Assembly (NCBI GenBank): GCA_964416155.1
Contig: CAYQCW010000005.1
Span: 1-64,000 of the forward strand
Direction: 5' to 3'
DNA length: 64,000 nucleotides
From: an uncultured Nitrososphaerota archaeon
GTDB lineage: Archaea; Thermoproteota; EX4484-205; JAAOZP01
Shown here: positions 58,389-64,000 of the stretch, piece after piece
Layout: every line of letters starts with the position of its first letter
Position numbering within the stretch: the first letter of the stretch is position 1
Made by a program: the position numbers and the translations under genes
The notes under the pieces: generated by a model
The model's database searches: none
What the model was told of the DNA's origin: nothing
The model's input: the letters and a program-made list of their open reading frames with translations, nothing else

Positions 58389-60449
58389 TCAACGCTTTAT
58401 TCTCCTAACGGTATCCTCATCCGGAAACATGATCACTCCCTGCTCCCTCATCTGCTCTATAAGCTTGTAAAATTCATCCGGCTCAATCTTCTTATCTACA
58501 CACCTTCTTCTAAGCTCGCTTAAAGATGCTTTCCCGATCTCAGCCTCAAGGTTCTCAATCTCCTTGAGAATTATTCGCATCTTCTCCCATCTGCTCCTAG
58601 ACCGGCCCGTCATAAGGATGTCTATGTCTATTTTCCCTGATGAAACGTCCAGCCCGGCTGTTCTCAGACTATAGTCCATCAGCCTTATTGCTGCTTCTGC
58701 ATCCTCCACAGTAACTTCTTCCTTCAACAGGACTCTGGCCCTTGCAACGCTAAGCCTTATCAAAGACTCCAAGTGTCTTGGAGTTATGGGTATCGGCGCA
58801 TTCGCCTCCTGGCTGCTGCTTCTCAACTGAAGGAAAAAGTTTTTGATTCTTTCAGTGGCCGCAGCTGACAGTTTCGGGGTTATTTTCTTGCAGTAAGCCA
58901 AGTATTTTCTCAGCATGCCCGGAGGTATAGTCTGGTCACCGTAATCATAGGTCTCCATGTGAAGCTGCAGAATATGGTCTGAAAGCCTAGCGTCCCCCTC
59001 CTTATCCGGCCTGTCTTTTATTATGAAGTAGAGGTCGAATCTTGAAAGCAGCGTCGAGGGAAGATCAACGTTCTCGCTGAAATTGAGACTGTCATCATAC
59101 CTGCCGTAAACCGGGTTCGCCGCTGCAAGTATCGCTGTCCTCGCGTTGAGAGTCGCCACTATTCCCCCCTTGGCTACGCTAACCGTCTGCTGCTCCATTG
59201 CCTCGTGTATTGAAACCCTGTCCTCTGCCTTCATCTTCTCGAACTCGTCTATCGCAGCTATCCCCTTGTCAGCAAGCACAACTGCTCCTGCCTCCAGCGT
59301 GAAGCTTCCAGTCCTGTCCCTGACAACGGCGGCCGTGAGGCCTGCTGCTGTAACACCTCTACCGGAAGTATACAGTCCTCTCGGAGCTATCCTTTGAACG
59401 TATTTGAGAAGCTGGCTTTTAGCAGTCCCAGGGTCCCCTATTAGGAGCAGGTTAATGTCACCCCTTACAGTAACACCGTCAGGATATGTTCTCCTGACTC
59501 CGCCCACCATTTGAAGAAGGATTGCCTCCTTAACCTCCTCCAAACCGTAGATCGAAGGAGCTATGGAGCCTATCAGCTTTTGATATATCCAAGGGTCTTT
59601 GCTCATCTCTCTAATCTTCTTCTCCTCCTCAGGGCTAACAGTAACCTCTCCAAGCTCCTGAGTTAATGCTTCTATGTAGTTGACTTCAATCGACAGGGTG
59701 AAAGTACTGTACTGAAGGTTCTTCACAGGGTGTCTATCAGGCATGGCTACCACTACACCGGTTATCTGGACCCTGTCGCCAGGCCTAACCCTGTCTGTTA
59801 AATCTCCTGTCAGCCTGAGGCTTATGCTGTGAGGCATGACTCCTGCTGGAAGATCCTCGGGCTTCTCCTGAACCCTTATCTCCTGATAGTCTATGAACCT
59901 AGACTGGTCTTGAAGCAGCTCGAAGTTTGCGAGCCTGCTCGTCCCACACACCTCGCAGCGAGGAGCCTTCAGGATCATTCCTGTCTGAAGCTCCTCGTAA
60001 ACCCTGTCGCACGTCTTACATCGGAAAACACCCTTCGAAAGTATGCTTTTTATCTCAGATATTCTCACTACAACTCCTTCGAAACAAACTAGTCTACCCA
60101 GTAGGCTTGACTTTATGTCCCTTATTGAGATCTTTTTGCCAAGCCCTCTTACCCTAACTGAGACCTCCTGTATTTTTGAAGCATAATCCTTGTCCAAGCT
60201 GCTTAGGATGGAGAGGGCTACCCTGCTCATTTCTCCCAAGATAGACGGGTTTTCAATGAGCTCTTCAACCATCTCCCTGCTGTAGGAGAGCATGTCTTGG
60301 AAATCTGTGACGATGGAGGTTCCCCCTAAGGACGGTAGGGACGCTATCTGCTCGTAATACTTTCTCTCACCGTTCTCATCTCTAAAATTACGAATAAAGT
60401 CTAGGAACAGGCTCTCGACAGGCGGCTTGGCTTTAACTCCGCTACTCAT
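58389..60449 (-). CDS. mcm: MCM replicative helicase
   Basis: C4 zinc finger, GDPGTAKSQ, IDEFEKM, LLSRFDL. No intein. Confidence 0.97.
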   Translation of the reverse strand: MSSGVKAKPPVESLFLDFIRNFRDENGERKYYEQIASLPSLGGTSIVTDFQDMLSYSREMVEELIENPSILGEMSRVALSILSSLDKDYASKIQEVSVRVRGLGKKISIRDIKSSLLGRLVCFEGVVVRISEIKSILSKGVFRCKTCDRVYEELQTGMILKAPRCEVCGTSRLANFELLQDQSRFIDYQEIRVQEKPEDLPAGVMPHSISLRLTGDLTDRVRPGDRVQITGVVVAMPDRHPVKNLQYSTFTLSIEVNYIEALTQELGEVTVSPEEEKKIREMSKDPWIYQKLIGSIAPSIYGLEEVKEAILLQMVGGVRRTYPDGVTVRGDINLLLIGDPGTAKSQLLKYVQRIAPRGLYTSGRGVTAAGLTAAVVRDRTGSFTLEAGAVVLADKGIAAIDEFEKMKAEDRVSIHEAMEQQTVSVAKGGIVATLNARTAILAAANPVYGRYDDSLNFSENVDLPSTLLSRFDLYFIIKDRPDKEGDARLSDHILQLHMETYDYGDQTIPPGMLRKYLAYCKKITPKLSAAATERIKNFFLQLRSSSQEANAPIPITPRHLESLIRLSVARARVLLKEEVTVEDAEAAIRLMDYSLRTAGLDVSSGKIDIDILMTGRSRSRWEKMRIILKEIENLEAEIGKASLSELRRRCVDKKIEPDEFYKLIEQMREQGVIMFPDEDTVRRIKR

Positions 60450-60981
60450 CCGTATACATTAACCCCCGTCGCCACCCGTTTAAAGCTTCCCTTAAAAGAT
60501 TATAGAGGAACTTCTCCTCTGGCTGAAGCTTTTCAAGAAGACCTGTGGGAGGATCCTTTAAAAACACTAGTTTAATTATCTTCCGAACCCTTATATCCAT
60601 GATCTCTTGAAGATCGTTTTGAACTGCGGTTTTCCTATCGTCCCTATGTGTCTGTGCAAGTTTAGCAGCTCTTATGTAAAAGTAATCAGGCAGCTTGATG
60701 AGTCCTTCCTCAGAGGCTTCAAGCCATCTCATCGCAGCAACATCTTTCAGCGTTAAAGGCTCCTCCCCCAGCCTCACCAAGCCTGAATCCGCCAGCTGGC
60801 ACGCTATTCCCCTGGAAACCCTTATGGCCCTTCCCCTCTCAATAGGGAGCTCCCCCAATCCAGGTAGTTTAAGGCTCTTCGAATCAACCTGGGGAATCGC
60901 CACAGTCTCCTCTAGCCCGTACTCAAGCCTTATCCTCTTTAACTCGCTGCTTATTACCCATTCCAACAACTCTATGCCCAC
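60442..60981 (-). CDS. GINS subunit (Gins23-like)
   Basis: Directly upstream of and overlapping mcm. LIKLPDYFYIRA, IRVRKII, LQPEEKFLY. Confidence 0.8.
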   Translation of the reverse strand: MGIELLEWVISSELKRIRLEYGLEETVAIPQVDSKSLKLPGLGELPIERGRAIRVSRGIACQLADSGLVRLGEEPLTLKDVAAMRWLEASEEGLIKLPDYFYIRAAKLAQTHRDDRKTAVQNDLQEIMDIRVRKIIKLVFLKDPPTGLLEKLQPEEKFLYNLLREALNGWRRGLMYTDE

Positions 60982-61050
60982 GCTGGCCAAACCTTGTTTA
61001 ACCGTGTAAGCGAAACATTTAACTTTAAACAACCACTATTTCCGCTAACG

Positions 61051-62013
61051 ATGAGCGTAGCCGATCTCCTATGGGTGGAGAAGTATAGACCCAGGTCTCT
61101 CGACGAAATAATCGACAGGGAGGAGGTTGTGAGCAGGCTGAAATCCTTCATTAAAATAGGCAATGTTCCTAACATGCTTTTCGTAGGCCCCCCTGGAACT
61201 GGGAAAACAACTGCGGCACTAGCTCTTGTAAACGACCTGTATCAGGGTTCCGCTTCCGGAAGGTTCCTGGAGCTTAACGCTTCAGACGAGAGGGGTATAA
61301 ACACGGTAAGGGAGGTAGTCAAGGATTTTGCAAGAAGCCGGCCTTCAACGGGTGTCCCTTTCAAAATACTTATACTGGATGAGAGCGACAACATGACTCA
61401 GGATGCTCAACAGGCCCTTAGGAGAATAATGGAGAGGTATGCTTCTGTGACTAGGTTTATCCTCTTGGCGAATTATCAGTGGGGAATAATTGAGCCTATT
61501 CAATCTAGATGCGCGGTCTTCCGGTTTCCACCTTTGAGCCCCACGCATATAAGGGAGGGCTTAATAAGAGTGCTTGAAAAAGAGGGTGTCTCCTGGTCTG
61601 AGGAAGCGTTGGAGGAAATAATTAAGGCTTCAAGAGGAGATATGAGGAAAGCGATAAACATTGCTCAGTCTGCATCAGGCGGTTCCAAGAAGCTTACTAA
61701 GGAGAGTATCCTGCAGGTTGTGGGCGTTCTGCACCCTAGGGAAATAAGGGAGATGATTAACGAGGCTTTGAAAGGAGATTTTGGCTCTGCAAGGAAGAGG
61801 CTGGCTAAGCTTCTCTACGATGACGGTTTATCGGCAAACGACATTCTTAGAGAAATGAATACCGAGCTGATGTCTATTGAGATGGATGAGAGAAAGAGGT
61901 TTCAGGTTGTTAACGCCTTGGGGGAAGCCAACTTCAGGGCGTCGATGGGTGCTGATGCTGAGATACAGATAAGCACCGTATTGGCTGCTCTAACGGCTGA
62001 CTTTCAGAAATGA
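61051..62013 (+). CDS. rfcS: Replication factor C small subunit
   Basis: WVEKYRP, GPPGTGKTT, ELNASDERG, LDESD, IQSRC. Confidence 0.96.
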   Translation: MSVADLLWVEKYRPRSLDEIIDREEVVSRLKSFIKIGNVPNMLFVGPPGTGKTTAALALVNDLYQGSASGRFLELNASDERGINTVREVVKDFARSRPSTGVPFKILILDESDNMTQDAQQALRRIMERYASVTRFILLANYQWGIIEPIQSRCAVFRFPPLSPTHIREGLIRVLEKEGVSWSEEALEEIIKASRGDMRKAINIAQSASGGSKKLTKESILQVVGVLHPREIREMINEALKGDFGSARKRLAKLLYDDGLSANDILREMNTELMSIEMDERKRFQVVNALGEANFRASMGADAEIQISTVLAALTADFQK

Positions 62014-63242
62014 GTGGTTCAAAGCTAAGCTGGGTGGAGAAATATAAGCCGAGGACTCTAGACGAAATAGTTGGAAACGACGCGGCTAAGAAGGATTTCA
62101 TAGACTGGCTTCAAAGATGGGATGAGCGCGGCAAGGCTGCTATGCTTCACGGCCCACCCGGCGTTGGGAAAACCGTGCTCGTCGAGGTTGCAGCCTCCAC
62201 ACTCAGCTACAGGCTGATAGAGACGAACGCAAGCGACACTAGGAGGGAGGACTACTTGGAGAACGTCATTAAGCCTGCTGCTTTTAATAGGAGCCTCTTC
62301 AGCAGCAGACTGATGGTTTTTTTCGACGAAATAGATGGTATTTCAAGAGAAGACTCAGGAGCCTTAAGTTTCATTCTTGAGCTAATAGAGACCTCTAGAG
62401 TACCGATCGTTATGGCTGCGAACGATCCTTGGTCTCCAAGCTTGTTTAGAATAAGAGACAGGGTGTACATGATTCCGATGCACCGGATAAGGGTGCAAAG
62501 CATTGTTAAAAGACTTAGGGATATCTGCAGAAATGAAGGAGTTAGGTGTAAGCAGGAGGTTCTCATGGTGATTGCAGAACACTCTGAGGGAGATATGAGG
62601 GCCGCGATAGAAGACTTGGAGCTTCTTTATTCTTCCCGTGAAGACGTGGATCTTGACGAGGCGGATAAAATACTGTCTTACAGGAACGTTGAGAGGAACA
62701 TATTTGAAACACTAAGGACGGTTGCTTTCGCCACCACCTTGGAAAAAGCTTTAACAACATTATCTTCATCGGAGGAGAAGCCTGAAGACATGTTCGAATG
62801 GGTTTTTGAAAACGTTCCTCATGTTTCGCCAAGACAATCGCTATACCAGTCTTTGAGATGTGTTGCTGAAGCCGATTTTCTTTTTAAACAAATATCGAAA
62901 AACTCCATGTGGAAGCTTTTGCCCTGCTTCTATAATAAGCTGGCCAGCGCTTTCCTCGTTATCCCCCAGAAAAACAGAGCTAGTTTCTCGTTTCCAAACA
63001 GGATGAGGGAGAGGTTTAAAAGGTTTCAGCGCGAGAAAAACTTCAGGGAGCTCGAATCCTTTTTCATGAAAGATCTTCACGTAGGCAGGGCTGCATTCAG
63101 AAGAGATTTAATCCCTCTCCTCCGGTTCCTCTCTAAGAACGAGGATTTCAGAAGGAGCCTGCTTAACAGGCTGGTTGACCAGCATTTGAAAGAGCTTTAC
63201 AGCTCAGTTATTCTTGGAGAGGCTCGCAAGAGGTTTTCTTAA
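62010..63242 (+). CDS. rfcL: Replication factor C large subunit
   Basis: WVEKYKP, GPPGVGKT, ETNASD, FDEIDG, GDMRAAI. ATGA-coupled to rfcS. Confidence 0.93.
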   Translation: MSGSKLSWVEKYKPRTLDEIVGNDAAKKDFIDWLQRWDERGKAAMLHGPPGVGKTVLVEVAASTLSYRLIETNASDTRREDYLENVIKPAAFNRSLFSSRLMVFFDEIDGISREDSGALSFILELIETSRVPIVMAANDPWSPSLFRIRDRVYMIPMHRIRVQSIVKRLRDICRNEGVRCKQEVLMVIAEHSEGDMRAAIEDLELLYSSREDVDLDEADKILSYRNVERNIFETLRTVAFATTLEKALTTLSSSEEKPEDMFEWVFENVPHVSPRQSLYQSLRCVAEADFLFKQISKNSMWKLLPCFYNKLASAFLVIPQKNRASFSFPNRMRERFKRFQREKNFRELESFFMKDLHVGRAAFRRDLIPLLRFLSKNEDFRRSLLNRLVDQHLKELYSSVILGEARKRFS

Positions 63243-63519
63243 CCAAGTCCAGCAACAGACGAATATTCTGGTTCTCCTGGTTTATCATGTATATTCTGAT
63301 CCTCCCGAAAGACTTTTCCTTTACCAGCCCCATTTCGACCATCCTGCCGATCCTCTTCTTTACAACATTGTGGTTCAGATTAGTCTGTCTTATTATTTCA
63401 GAAAGACTCATCTCGCCATTTCTCAGCAGTCTCCAGAATATTCTTGACCCGCTAACAGAGTTCGATATCTCTTCCAGCATGCTTATAATCTCATCGCCCA
63501 GTTTAAATCCTTCCTCCAA
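63208..63519 (-). CDS. Winged-HTH (ArsR-like) protein
   Basis: GEMSLSEIIRQTNLNHNVVKKRIGRMVEMGLVKEKSFGRIRIY. Confidence 0.8.
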   Translation of the reverse strand: MEEGFKLGDEIISMLEEISNSVSGSRIFWRLLRNGEMSLSEIIRQTNLNHNVVKKRIGRMVEMGLVKEKSFGRIRIYMINQENQNIRLLLDLVKKTSCEPLQE

Positions 63520-64000
63520 ACTACGCCTGTCCTACCACCCTCAAAACTTGAGACTTTAAAATCCAAAAGCATCTTGTTTTCAAGAATTCTTATTTTTTTC
63601 CAAAGCTGCGTATATCCTAAGGGCTTAATCCCGTTCTCCTTAGCGATGATCCTGTATTCTTCAAAAAGATTTTTGAGACGTATTTTTGGAGTATGTTCTG
63701 AAACAATTTTCAGAATCATTCTCTCATGAACATCGCTAAGATTTGCATTCATGTATTCTAAGGGATTATCGGCTAGTTTTCTCGAAATCCTTAAAACATG
63801 TTTTTCATCAACATGCTTATCCTTTGAAGTGCTTAAAGAGGTTTTTAGAATCTCTAGGGCGAGCCGGATATCTCCGCTAAAACTTGCTATTCTGCTTACA
63901 GTGTTCAAAGCCTGCTTATCCACGGAGAAACCTTCATGCCACCTGAGAAATTCCATAAGAATAGTGCGAATCTCCTCAGAAGTATATGGCCTAAAGTATA
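63483..64000 (-). CDS. cdc6: Cdc6/Orc1 replication initiator, C-terminal part (5' end off the window)
   Basis: Frame open to the window end: FRPYTSEEIRTIL, GDIRLALEIL sensor-2, winged helix L...Y..I....G.KPL.YTQ...GGRT. Confidence 0.88.
   Translation of the reverse strand, partial: YFRPYTSEEIRTILMEFLRWHEGFSVDKQALNTVSRIASFSGDIRLALEILKTSLSTSKDKHVDEKHVLRISRKLADNPLEYMNANLSDVHERMILKIVSEHTPKIRLKNLFEEYRIIAKENGIKPLGYTQLWKKIRILENKMLLDFKVSSFEGGRTGVVWRKDLNWAMRL

Noticed and set aside
56177-63242. Inteins in Hel308, MCM or RFC
   Set aside because: Protein lengths are normal and no intein termini interrupt the Walker motifs.
554-63559. Many 60-190 aa ORFs nested in or antisense to the called genes
   Set aside because: They overlap well-supported genes and lack motifs, so they are treated as shadow ORFs.

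Overview
Archaeal chromosome segment. CdvA-like, eS30, eL22-like, GINS23/MCM/Hel308, GatDE and Elp3 genes point to a TACK/Thermoproteota-type lineage such as Bathyarchaeia or Brockarchaeota (inference). The left ~40 kb is accessory. It holds a type IV pilus locus (divergent major pilin, TadC/FlaJ-type platform, minor pilins, a 1127-aa pilin-like adhesin), a HEPN/MNT and vapBC toxin-antitoxin patch, a sugar-catabolism cluster (isomerase, FGGY kinase, class II aldolase, GH53, GH29, GH4), surface proteins, and a stand-alone herA-nurA-DHH unit. The best candidate for a new system is the divergent locus at 32.2-36.5 kb. It combines a membrane-anchored ArsR-type regulator, a predicted ~100-nt structured ncRNA, a perfect 26-bp palindrome, and a translationally coupled operon of two catalytically degenerate HerA/VirB4/VirD4-like proteins (one with 4 TM helices) plus a RadA-like ATPase. 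The right ~24 kb is housekeeping: tRNA modification and processing, prs, purA, cdvA and a DNA replication cluster ending in a partial cdc6/orc1. No tRNA, rRNA, CRISPR array or intact transposase was seen. All family calls come from motif recognition by eye; no database searches were run.
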